Positions 34,998-46,589 of a DNA stretch of 64,000 nt are shown here, piece after piece. The stretch lies in the NCBI RefSeq assembly GCF_018350175.1, contig NC_058369.1, positions 17,300,001 to 17,364,000 on the forward strand. Reading direction: 5' to 3'. This DNA comes from Felis catus (Eukaryota). Numbering within the stretch: position 1 is the first letter of the stretch; every line of letters begins with the position of its first letter. The translations under genes and the position numbers were made by a program. The notes under the pieces were generated by a model. That model was not told the DNA's origin. It was given only the letters and a program-made list of their open reading frames with translations, and searched no databases.

Positions 34998-36158
34998 CTG
35001 GTGAAATGATAAAAGTAGATGCAGCTGATGGCCCCTCATCCCGGAGAGATTTTAACTGGGCCTCCTCACGTACTTCTTCCTGTGTCTGCGCAATTTCCAT
35101 GTCCTTAGCTGGAACAGCTGCCACCTCCGTTTCTGAGGGTGGTGCAACATCCTTGGCTGGACTCACATTGTTGGCCAGGGTGACCTGTGTCCCAGGGGGC
35201 AGAGCCATATCCTTAGCCAGAGCGATCTCTGTTTCTGGAGGCTGAGGCACATTCTTGATCAGGGTTACTTCTGTTTCTGGGGGCATAGCCACATTCTTGC
35301 CCAGGGCCATCTCTGTTTCTACAGGTGAAGCTAGGTCCTTCCCCAGGGCCACATCTGTTTCTTGGGGTAGAAGCACATCCTTGCCCAGGGGTACCTCTGT
35401 TTCTGGGGATGGAGCCATGTCTTTCACTGGGGCCTTTTCTGTATCTGGATGTGGAGCCATATCCTTGACTGGGGCCACTTCCATTTCTGGGGGCAGTGCC
35501 TCATCCTTGGTCAAGAAAATCTTGGTTTCTGGGGGCAGTGCCATATCCCCAGTCAGGGCCACCTCTGTTTCTGAGGACAAGGCTGCCTCTTTGGCTGAGG
35601 ATATTTCTGTGGGTGACACAACGTCCTTAGCCAGTGCCATTTCTATATCTGAGAGTGATTCCACACCCTTGGCTGGGGTCATCTGTCTGTCTGTGGGTGC
35701 TACCATGCCCTCATCTGGGGACAAATCCATTTTTATAGGTGGTGCCCTCTCCGTTTCTTTGAATGGTATCGCATCCTTAGCTGGGGCTACCTCTGTGTCT
35801 GTGGGCAATACCATATCCTTGGCTAAAGATACATCTGTTTCTGTGGACAAAACAGCATCCTTCACCGGGGCTTCTTCTGTTTCTTTGGGTAGTACCATGT
35901 CCTTGACTAGGACCATATCTGATTCCATAGATGATTCCATGTTCTTAGCCAGTGTCACATCTGATTTGATAGAAGGTTCCATGTCTTTAGCCAATGCCAC
36001 CTCTGTTTCTGTGGCTGGTGCCATGTCCTTGGCAGGAGACATCTCTGTTTCTCTAGATGGTGCCATGTCATCAGCCTTCAGTCCCATCATGATTTCCAAT
36101 GCTTCTGTTGGTGCCCTCTCTTCTGCTCCCTTCTTCACTTCTACTTCTTCAGCTGGCT
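34998..36158 (-). CDS. MAP4: MAP4 KDM-repeat exon (human exon-7 equivalent, 1161 nt)
   Basis: ttcccttag|AG ... CCAG|gtatgg. 387 codons, phase 1-1. About 14-aa KDMxxPxETEVALA repeats diagnostic of the MAP4 projection domain. Confidence 0.96.
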
Positions 36159-36449
36159 CTAAGGGAAATAAGTTGGAAATTTAGAACCCATCATCGTCTG
36201 CTCACAGGTCTACATTCAAAACTTACTTTCTGAGAGCATAAGAGTATCTAGATTTTGTGACCACAACACCCTAAACATAACTAAGAAGCTGTCTAATTAA
36301 TGTATTTGTGCCCACTCTTTGATAGTCCCAATACTTCGAAGAATAGGATACTAAGAGAATAAATCGTGGAGGAGGAAAGGAAAAGAAGAGTTAAAACACA
36401 GGTTTAAAAATAACAACAACACGGGCACACAGTTATTTTAAGAATGGGA

Positions 36450-36668
36450 GGGGCGCCTGCGTGGCTCAGTTGGTTGAGCGGCCAACTTCGGCTCAGGTCA
36501 TGATCTCGCGGTCCGTGAGTTCGAGCCCCGCGTCGGGCTCTGTGCTGACAGCTCAGAGCCTGAAGCCTGTTTCAGATTCTGTTTCGCCCTCTCTCTGACC
36601 CTCCCCTGTTCATGCTCTGTCTCTCCCTGTCTCAAAAATAAAAATAAAAATGTTAAAAAAAAAAAAAA
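36450..36668 (+). mobile_element. CanSINE
   Basis: TSD aagaatggga on both sides. Confidence 0.92.
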
Positions 36669-36947
36669 AAGAATGGGAACTTGTGGGACATCCAGAAAAA
36701 AAACCTTAGAGTTCCAAGTCTGCACTGAACTGAAAAGGGATGTTCTCTGCCCATGAACCCCAAGTGCTGTATTTCAATTTTGCCTTCATTTCTCCAGCTG
36801 TGAAACCAGTAACTGAAGTAATAAAGGCATTTGTGATAGTTCTGAAACTTTATCTATACTGCTGTCCACTGCTAATCAAAAAGTCTGATGATTTAAATGG
36901 ACTATGATACCGTAACCGTTAAGTGAAGACGGGTTCTAATAATTTAC

Positions 36948-37082
36948 CTGCCGTGGGCTGCAGAGGCTGTGTCACAGCCATCGGGGAAATGAAGGATTCC
37001 GGGTGTGGAGAGTTTGGGGCTTCCACAGGCCACCCCTGAGGCACAACATTTGCAGGAGCAAATGTGTCACAGGGAAACAGAC
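36948..37082 (-). CDS. MAP4: MAP4 exon (human exon-6 equivalent, 135 nt; [45 protein letters not shown])
   Basis: aatattag|GT ... GCAG|gtaaat. Phase 1-1. VVPQGW..NSPH.ESF.SP motif. Confidence 0.93.
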
Positions 37083-37900
37083 CTAATATTGAAACACAAA
37101 CACACAGATTGTTGAAACTGGGTCAACAATGGGGAAAAAAAGCATCTGATATTTAAAATCAGCTTTATACACTGCCATAATGACACGAACCTAAGCACCA
37201 GTGAAAAACAAAGGAAGTATAAAGAAAAACTGTTAATGTTCTTTATGTTTGGGCAAATTTTTTAAATGGCTGTCATGTTATTATAATCAGCATTGGTTGG
37301 CAGCCTCCTACAGTGCACTGCAAAGAGTCAAAATACCAAAGACTGAATGCAAGCACCAATATCACAACTGAAGTATAATAAGGGATTGTGAGTCTTGATT
37401 TCCTCATCTGTAAAATGAGATCAATATTTCCCTCTGCAACGTAACAAGACAGTTTTGTGAAAATGTTTTGTAAATTATTAAGAACTAGGACAGATGTAAA
37501 AGGATTATTACTATGCTGTCCGTCATCAGATAATAGGGGATTTAATATCACGTGGTCCTTGCCATCAGGAGTATTATGATTTAGCTAGAAAGGCAAGACA
37601 GACATGTACCAAACAGTCTATAGTACGTACTAAGTGGGCTAAGAGTTTGAAAACAATTATGAGGACCAGAATAGCCACAGAAGGCTTCAGAGGAGAAGCA
37701 AGAGCAGAAAGAGAGGACAGAGCAGTCAATTTCAAAGATGGAGAACCCTGAGCAAAGTATGAAGATGCCAACAGGACAAGAATGTTTCTGCAACTATGAA
37801 GTTAGTTGGATTCAAGTGGATTTTGCGTACCAGAGAGGGAAAACAGAATTAAGACCAACAATGGAAGAAGGATCTGGAAAGCCAGAGAAATTTAGATTTG

Positions 37901-37934
<34 letters not shown>

Positions 37935-38189
37935 AAGGGTGTGTTAAGGTCTTAATGAAAATGACATGATGAATACAGAATAGGGCCTTGGTGGCAAATG
38001 CAGCAGGCATATTTGGAATGAATTTAAAAGGGAGCAGGAGTCCTACCGAGGTGTTCTAGGTGTCTAGTGACAGGGGCTTACATGGGGTGGCCCAGGCAGG
38101 GGGGTGTGTTGTGTGGCAGGGGAGTAGTGGGAACATAAAGAAACAGAAGAAAGATGCTGTTAAAAAAAAAAAAAAAAAGAAGAAGCTAA

Positions 38190-38405
38190 GGAAGCCTGGG
38201 TGGCTCAGTGGGTTGAACGTCTGACTCTTGATTTTGGCTCAGGTCATCAATTCACAGTTTATGGGATCAAGCCCTGCATCGGGCTCTGTACCAACAGCAC
38301 GAAGCCTGCCTGGGATTCTCTCTCTGCCCCTCCCCTGCTTGTGCGCTCTCTCTCCAAATGAATGGATAAACTTAAACAAAAAAAAATTTTTTTTAATTTA
38401 AAAAA
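38190..38405 (+). mobile_element. CanSINE
   Basis: gcctgggtggctcagtgggttg head and A-tail. Confidence 0.85.
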
Positions 38406-38668
38406 AGGAAGACAGAAAGAAAGAAAGAAGCCAATGAGACTAAATGACTCACTAGCTGTCGAGCTGACAGAACAGAAGTCAAAGCCACAATCAAAGTATT
38501 AAGAGACGACATGGATAGCATCACTTAACATCCTTCCTCCTAGAGATATTCAGTCCAAACAAAAGCATAAATGCAACATATTATTAGCCAGGATCTTAAC
38601 AAACACAAAATTATAAGCATTGCTGAAGTGGGACTTATTGGTGAAGGAACTTCACTGAAGGGACTTAC

Positions 38669-39142
38669 TGAAGGAAACCAGAATGTCACCCCAAAATATG
38701 CCTCTTTGACATAAAAATTATTTTGAGCTGAAGGTAATGTGGGAGTAGCAACCCGAGAAAAAACCTCCCCCTTTCTGCTTAAAGGCGGGATATAAATTCT
38801 CCTCTTCCTGGAGACAGACTCTTGTCAGCCCAGAGAGGGCGCCAGAGGGATCGGCACGCAAACCTTACTCCATTAGTTCCTCCCATGCATTTTCTTCCCA
38901 CAGTTAGCCACTCCTGGAAGCCTAAAACTGCTTTCCTTTTCCTGTCATTTCTCTACCAATTTATGGTTCTTCATTGAAGATGCTATATAAACCAAAATTC
39001 TAAGCTACCATTTTGAATTACTTTTCTCCCATGTGATGGATGCTGCATGTTGACAAACTGTTTGTCTCCTGTTAATCTTGTCGTTAACAAGTCCCAGCAG
39101 AAAACCTAAGATGGGAAGAAGTAAAGTTTCACCTCCCCCACA
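38669..39142 (+). mobile_element. Solo LTR, MER34-like (ERV1)
   Basis: Starts tgaaggaaaccagaatgtcaccccaaaatatgcctcttt, ends ctcccccaca; near-TSD ttac/gtac. Confidence 0.75.
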
Positions 39143-39617
39143 GTACCCTGGCCACGTTCATGTTACAAGTGATACAACAGAACCAGGAATAAGGACACTA
39201 CTAATTGAGATCTGAGATCTGTTTAATGTTTACCATGTATCAGATGCTGTAAGAAGTGCTTCTACAAAATTTTACTTAATTATCACCCCATCTTTAAGGA
39301 AGGAACTAGTGCTGGCCCCACTTTATAGGTAAAGAAATCAAAGTTTACAGAGGACATAACTTGCCCAAGGCAATGAATTGGTAAAATGTGGAAAGAGAAT
39401 CTGGCCCTATGATAGTGTATTCAAGATCCCATGAGAGGATATGATCAGATCTGAGCAGCCCAACTGTGAACTCTCTCCTGTGACCAATCTAGAAAGAGAC
39501 TTGTTACAGCCAGAGCCAATAAACATGACTGCCTAGTGGTTAACTTCAAAGGTGATGGGTTAAAGGCCACATTAATTGTTTGGAGTTAAGCAATAAATCC
39601 AGTTGAAGAAGTCATAC

Positions 39618-39731
39618 CGTAACTGTCTTGCAGGGGATCATTTTGTTCTGTAAATGCTGAAACATTGGTTGTTCCACTGGGGAGAAAAAGAAAATCTTCC
39701 AGGCCATCATCATGATGCATCTTAAAGGGAT
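39618..39731 (-). CDS. MAP4: MAP4 exon (human exon-5 equivalent, 114 nt; [39 protein letters not shown])
   Basis: ctttattccag|AT ... TACG|gtatga. Phase 1-1. DPFKM...QNDPL.DSYG motif. Confidence 0.95.
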
Positions 39732-41439
39732 CTGGAATAAAGAAGGAATTTAAAATTCATTCCCAGTGAATACAACTAAAATGATTAGCATTCCTTATTA
39801 GCCTATGATGAATATTGATTGGTTACATGTGTGTTGTCAATATAAGTGAAATAAGTTGAGATAATATGTGACTGAAAATGGTAGAGAATCACGAATTCCT
39901 TTGTTACAAGTTAAGAGTATGCAATCTCATATTCTCTACGATTTGATTATCTGAACCAGTCAACAAATAACAAACTAAAAACACAACTAATGGTCAATTC
40001 TATAACATGCTAAGAGGTGAAAGTACAGATTTGATTAAACTTTCAATATATATTTAGACATTCACTTCAGGTTATTAAGGGAAAAAAAAAAAAAAAAAAG
40101 ATAGCCAGGCAAGTAAAAAAGACATTTTCACCTCATGTGGGCATCATGAAGAAAACGACTTTTCAAAACCTGTCTGAATGAGACAAGGTAAACAGCTGGC
40201 GTCTGAAGAAGAGAAATAAGCTCCAGAATCAGGAGTTGCCATAAATAAAGTCACTCAAAACATCAGGGAAACTCTGTGCCTTCTTAGATGAAAAAAAGAG
40301 CAAAGCCAGTCAGATCGAGCAAGAATTTGGTTCTAAGAAGGCCTTCTCAAAATTTAGCACACATCTGAATCACCCTGCAGGCTTAAAGAAACACTGATTG
40401 CTGGGCCCTAAGAATCTGCATTTCTCACTAGTTCCTTGGTAGACTCGTAAGGTGCTTCATTTGTCAGAGGCAGCTGCATAAAAACCTAGGCCTTGGGAGA
40501 ATGTTCATTCCTGTGGCTCTGAGGCAGCTGGACCACCCTCTTCTAGTAAGGGATGTCAGAAGCAGGGGAGACCATGGCACTGGGAAGTATGAACAAGCAG
40601 AAAGCAAACTGAGAAGCTGCTGGAGACAGAGGAGGCCCTGGTGCTGCTTCTCCAGAAGAGTGGGGGAGCTGGGAGAGGAGAGAGATTCTAACCATTCACT
40701 CTCCCCAGGATCACTTCGTTTGAAATGCTGCCACTTGCTCTGCTCCTCAGGCTTCCACTGAAGGAAAACAGGAAGCTTAAACCATCAATGAGGGTAACTG
40801 CTGTATGGTTTGCACATTAGGATGGGAAACTGCTAACTTGCATGTAAAAATGAGTGGTTTCTACAAAGTTCTGTCATTTTCTTATTACTTTTTTAGTGGG
40901 TGCCTCTAATATGGCAGACTCTGTGAGCTCTAAAAACCCAGAGATGTGTGAGATCAGGGTTGAGAACATTTAGCAAAGGGATGTTTTAGTTCTAGTCAAG
41001 GATGATCTTCCCTTGATAAATATTTAAGCTGAGAACTAAAGAACTAATTAAGTGGTTAGAGAAAGGAAGACCTTTTCTCTATCTGCATTCCTTCCCTTAG
41101 TGATCTCATCTAATCTCACAGTTTAAAATTCTGTGTATAAATTAATGACACTCAAATTTGTACCTCGAGCCATCTAGATATCACCCCTTATTTCTTGACT
41201 TTCATATCAAATTGCCAACTCTTAATGTATAAAATAAAGCTAAAATGTAGTATGTTTCCCAAACTACCCCTCATGAAATCTTCCCATCTCTAGTGGCATT
41301 CTATCTTTTTGGTCAAAAACACTGGAGTCATCCTTGACTTCTCTCTTTCATACAAATTTGATTCATAAGAAAATTCAACTGACCTGACCTTCAAAATGTC
41401 TCCCAGAACCTGTTTTTTTTTTTTCCCTACCTTCAATGA

Positions 41440-41803
41440 TTAGGGTGTCTCACAGGTTGTAGTCAAAGTATTGGCCAAGACTGTGATCATCAGAAGACTT
41501 GACTGGGGCTGGAGAACCTGCCTATACAATGATTTACTTACATGGATATTGACTAGAAGGCTCTGTTCCTCCCCTATGTGGGCCTCTCCATAGCATCTGG
41601 CTATCCCCAGGATGAGTAAACCCAGAATGACCAAGATGGAAGCCACAGTGTCCTTTATAACCTAATCTTAGAAATGATATACCATTATTTCTGTCATCTA
41701 CCGGTCACACAGACCAACCCTGGTACAATGGGAAGTTACTACTTAAAGTTGTGAATACCAGGAGGTGGGGTTCATTGGAACCATCTTGGGGGTGGACTAC
41801 CAC
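41440..41803 (-). mobile_element. MaLR (MLT1-like) LTR
   Basis: ccaagatggaagccac...ccatcttgggggtggactaccaca. Confidence 0.7.
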
Positions 41804-41899
41804 ACTTGACTTTCAAGACATTATATTTTTCTGGCTTTTCCCCAACATCAAAACCGGCAATTCCTTTGAAGTTACCCTTGCTGGTTCCTCTCCTTCCTG

Positions 41900-44800
41900 A
41901 CTTGAATTAGTAATTAAAAACTACTCACAAGAAAATTCCTAAGTTGGCTTCGCTATTGAATTCTACCAAACATTTAATGAAAAATTAAAACCAATTCTTC
42001 ATAAACTCTTCCAAAACTAAAACTCAAGAGGGGAGAACACTTCCTAACTCATTCTATGGTTGGTATTACCATAGAATGGTATAACTCTGATATTACTCTG
42101 ATACCAAAACTAGACAAAGACATCAGAAGGAAACTACAGATCAATATCTCTTCTAAATACGGATGCCAAAATGCTCAATACGTTTATGAATGTGCCAGCA
42201 AATAACATGAGTTATACACCATGACCAAATGAGATTAATCCCAGGAATGCAAGATTAGTTTAACACCCCAAAATCAATTAATGTAATACATACATATCAG
42301 TAGAATAAAAAATGAAATCACATGGGAGCACCTGGATGGCTCAGTCAGGTTAAACGTCTGACTCTTGGTTTCAGCTCAGGTCATGATCTCAGTTTGTGGG
42401 ATTGAGACCCACGTTGGGCAATGCGCTGACAATGCAGAGCCTGCCTGAGATTCTCTCTCTCCCTCTCTCTCTGCCCCTCCCCTGCTTACTCCCACTCTCT
42501 CTCTCAAAAAAAATAAATAGGGGGCGCCTGGGTGGCGCAGTCGGTCAAGCGTCCGACTTCAGCCAGGTCACGATCTCGCGGTCCGTGAGTTCGAGCCCCG
42601 CGTCGGGCTCTGGGCTGATGGCTCGGAGCCTGGAGCCTGTTTCCGCTTCTGTGTCTCCCTCTCTCTCTGCCCCTCCCCCGTTCATGCTCTGTCTCTCTCT
42701 GTCCCAAAAATAAAAAAAATAATAAAATAAAATAAAATAGATAAATAAATAAACTTAAAATAATAATAAAACCACATGATCATTTCAATAGGTGTAGAAA
42801 AATCACTTGACAAAACCCAACACCCTTTCATGATAAATCAAACACTTGACAAATTAGGAATAGAAGGCATTTTCCTTAATCTAATAAATGGCATCTATAA
42901 AACACCCACCACTGACACCATACTTAAAAAATGGCAAAAGACTAGATGCTTTCCCTCTAAGACTAGTAACAAAATAAGGATGTCTGCTCTCACTACTTCT
43001 AGTTATCATTGTATTAAAGACTCTGGCCAGGAAAATTAAGCCAAAAAAAGAAATAAAAGCCATCCAGATTGGAAACGAGGAACTAAAACTGTATTTGTAA
43101 ATGACATGATCTTACATATGGAAAATCCTAAGGAATCCACTAAAAAACTATTAGAACTAATGAGTTCAGCAAGGCTGGAAGATACAAGATCAATATACAA
43201 AAATCACTCGTGTATCTACATCCTTCCAATGAACAATCTGAAAATGAAATTAAGAAAACAATTCCATTCACAGCATTAAAAAGAATAAAATACTAGGAAT
43301 AAATTTTACAAAAGGGAGTATAAAATTTACGCTCTAAAAACTACAAAATATTGGTGAAGGAATAAGATATAAATAAACGGAAAAACATTCTATGTTTATG
43401 GATTTGAAGATAATATTGTTAAGATGGCAAAACTCCTCAATTTGATCTATAGATTTAATGCAATTCCTAACAGAATCCCAGCTGATTTCTTTATAGAAAT
43501 TGACAAGCTGATTCTAAAATTCATATGAAATGCAAAGGACCCAGAACAACCAAAATAATCGTCAGAAAAAACAAAGTAGGAAAATCTACACTTCCCAACT
43601 GCAAAACTTACCACAAAGCAACAGTAATCATGACAGTATAGTGCTGGCTTAAGGACACACATATAGATCAATAGAACAGAACTAAGAGTTGATAAACAAA
43701 ACTATGTATCTATGGTTAACAGATTTCAACAAGGATACCAAGACCATTCAATGGGGAAAGAATAGTCTTTCCAAAGACTGGAGACGGGACAACTGGATAT
43801 CCACATGAAAAATAATGAATTTGGACCTCTACCTCTCACCATATAGAAAAACCAATTTACAGTGGACCGAAGACCTTAATGCAAGAGCCAAAATTATAAA
43901 AATTTTAGAGAAAAACATAAGGGTAAATGTTCATGACCTCAGTTTGGCAATGGGCTCTTAGGTATGACATCAAAGTATGAGCAACAAAAGAAAAACAAGA
44001 TAAACTGGTCTTCAAAATCAAAAACTTTTATGCATCAAAGGACACTATCAAGAAAATTAGAAGACAACCCACAAAATGGGAGAAAGCATTTGCAAATCAT
44101 AAATCTGATAAGGGTCTATTTTATAAAGAACTCATACAGGACACAACAAAAAGACAAACCAATTAAAAATGGGACAGAGGATTTCTCTAAGGAAGATATA
44201 TAAATAGCCAACAAACACACGAAAAGTGAAAAAGATAATCAACACCATTAGCCAATACAAAAATGCAAACAAAAATCATAACAAGATACCATTTCATACC
44301 AACTAGGTTAGCTGTAATTTTTGAAAAAGAAAAACAAGCATTTTTAAGGATGTGGAGGAATTACAAACCTAATCCACTACTGGTGGGAATATAAAATGGT
44401 ACAGGTGCTTTGGAAAACAGTTGGGCAATTCCTCAAATTAAACACTGAGTTATCATATGATCAGCAATTCCAGTCTAGGTATTTCTCTCAAGAGAAATTT
44501 AAGTATATGTCTACTACACAAAACCCTTTTTAAAACAGCATTACTGACAACAGTAAAGAAAAAAAAAGGAAACTGCCTATATGTTTATCAACTGATGAAC
44601 AGATAAACAAAATGTAGTATATCCATACAATGCAGTATTATGAGGTCCTCTGAAAGAATGGAGTACTGACCGATGCCACAAACCACAAGTCCTTGAACAC
44701 TTGCTAAGTGAGAAAGCTAGTCACAAAAGACCATATATTATTCCATTTCCATAAAATGTCCAGAATAGATAAATTTAGAGAGACAGAAAGAGATTAGTGG

Positions 44801-44955
44801 TTGCTTAGGGCCAGGGTGGATAAGGAGATAGGGAGTGAGATTTAAAGAACACAGGGTTTATTTTTGAGGTAATACTAAAAATCCACTGAACCATACATTT
44901 TAAATGGGTGAACTGTATGGTATGTGAATTATATCTCAATAAAAAAAGCTGTTTT
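41900..44955 (+). mobile_element. 5'-truncated L1 (ORF2 RT to 3'UTR), antisense to MAP4, with nested CanSINEs at 42324-42760
   Basis: RT remnant MIISIGVEKSLDKTQHPFMI; end gtgaattatatctcaataaaaaaagctg. Confidence 0.92.
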
Positions 44956-45240
44956 GAAAAATTATATATCTAGCCTAGCCAATAACTGGAAAATGGATAG
45001 AACATCAAGTACTAGATTATTTGGAACCAGTTATAAGCTCCTTATTAATTGGATGGCAAAAAAGAAGCCATATATAAGTGCAAACAAGACAACAGCTCTC
45101 AACCTGGAGTGGCGGCAATGATGCTATCACTTTGAGGTCCTTCTGCAATCCATTCCTGCCACCATTTCCAGCTCTAGCCAACTACACATATGCTTTTTGT
45201 CTCTATAGATTAGTTTGATTTTATAGAAATGAAGTATGAG

Positions 45241-45365
45241 GGGCGTCTGGGTGGCTCAGTTTGTTAAGCGTCCGACTCCTAATTTTGGCTCAGGTCATAA
45301 CCTCATGGTTTGTGAGTTCTAGCTCCGCATTGGGCTCTGCACTGACAGTGTGGAGCCTGCTTGAG

Positions 45366-45413
<48 letters not shown>

Positions 45414-45724
45414 CCTCCCCTGTTCACGTGCTCTCTCCCCTCCTCTCTCAAAATAAATAAATAAATTTTTTTTTTAATTTTTTTTTTCAACGTTTATTTA
45501 TTTTTGGGACAGAGAGAGACAGAGCATGAACGGGGGAGGGGCAGAGAGAGAGGGAGACACAGAAGCGGAAACAGGCTCCAGGCTCCGAGCCATCAGCCCA
45601 GAGCCCGACGCGGGGCTCGAACTCACGGACCGTGAGACCGTGACTTGGCTGAAGTCGGACGCTTAACCGACTGCACCACCCAGGCGCCCCAATAAATTTT
45701 TTTTAAAAAGGTGAAGAAAAAAAA
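45241..45724. mobile_element. Plus-strand CanSINE with a young minus-strand CanSINE inserted in its tail
   Basis: Outer TSD agaaatg(aa/gg)gtatgag; inner TSD aataaatttttttt. Confidence 0.9.
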
Positions 45725-46176
45725 AGAAATGGGGTATGAGTCCTAGTTTTCCCTTCTGTCAAATGAGGATCATATGTACTTGGCAGAGTTAGGTAAGAAA
45801 CACAGAAAATATGTATAGAAAGGCTCTAGCACTGTGCCAGGCACAACACAGACATTCAACAAATGGTGCTATTATTACTGTAGTAATTCCTTTTGGAAGA
45901 ATTAGGTTCTAAGGTACTACTGACCATTAGTCTTCAATGAGTATGAATTTCAGTTAAGTTACTCAGAACAGGCTTTAAATCTAGAGGGGTGTGTGCCTCA
46001 GATGAAGGGATCAAGAGGAGAAAGGGTCAACTAAATTTTCAGGGTAAATGAGTACACTTTGGTTGTACCTGACAAGCTATACTTAGGCTAAAGGGTTCTA
46101 TGTGAGCAGTGGCTGTAAATTATTCATGTTTATGTCACCGCTCACACTGAGCAGCCACAGGCAAGCCTGCACTTAC

Positions 46177-46299
46177 CAGTCTGAGTAGGATTCACCAACT
46201 GTTCAGGTTCGAAGCAGAAGTTTGTATTTTCTGGCCAGTTCTGGATGTTCTGATATCCTTGGAAGGTCATTTTCTCGTCAAGGAATGGAGTTGGAGACC
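46177..46299 (-). CDS. MAP4: MAP4 exon (human exon-4 equivalent, 123 nt; [41 protein letters not shown])
   Basis: tttctgtttgaag|GG ... ACTG|gtaagt. Phase 1-1. QNWPE.TNFCF.PEQ motif. Confidence 0.95.
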
Positions 46300-46589
46300 C
46301 TTCAAACAGAAACACAAAACAAAAGTTATAAAATACTACTGTCTTCCCTTCCACTAGAATTGAGTTTCTACAAGCATTAGAGCTAGTACCATAGGACAAA
46401 ATCATACCTAGCTAGTGCATTTGAAGACCCATTTTTTTTCCCTTTATTAAGACAGAAAAACAATCAAGATGCTGGAAGCACAGGTTGTTATATAAGGTTA
46501 AAAACATCATAGGATGACTTCTGGTTATGATACATGAAAAGGTTAGTGATTTTCATCCACAAAGGAACAAGTATAAAATTGGGACAAAA

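Noticed and set aside
35006..36184. 309-aa and 79-aa plus-strand ORFs
   Set aside because: Antisense shadows of the repetitive MAP4 KDM exon; no independent gene signals.
42776..44203. Short ORFs resembling reverse transcriptase
   Set aside because: Fragmented L1 ORF2 remnants with many stops; not an active element.
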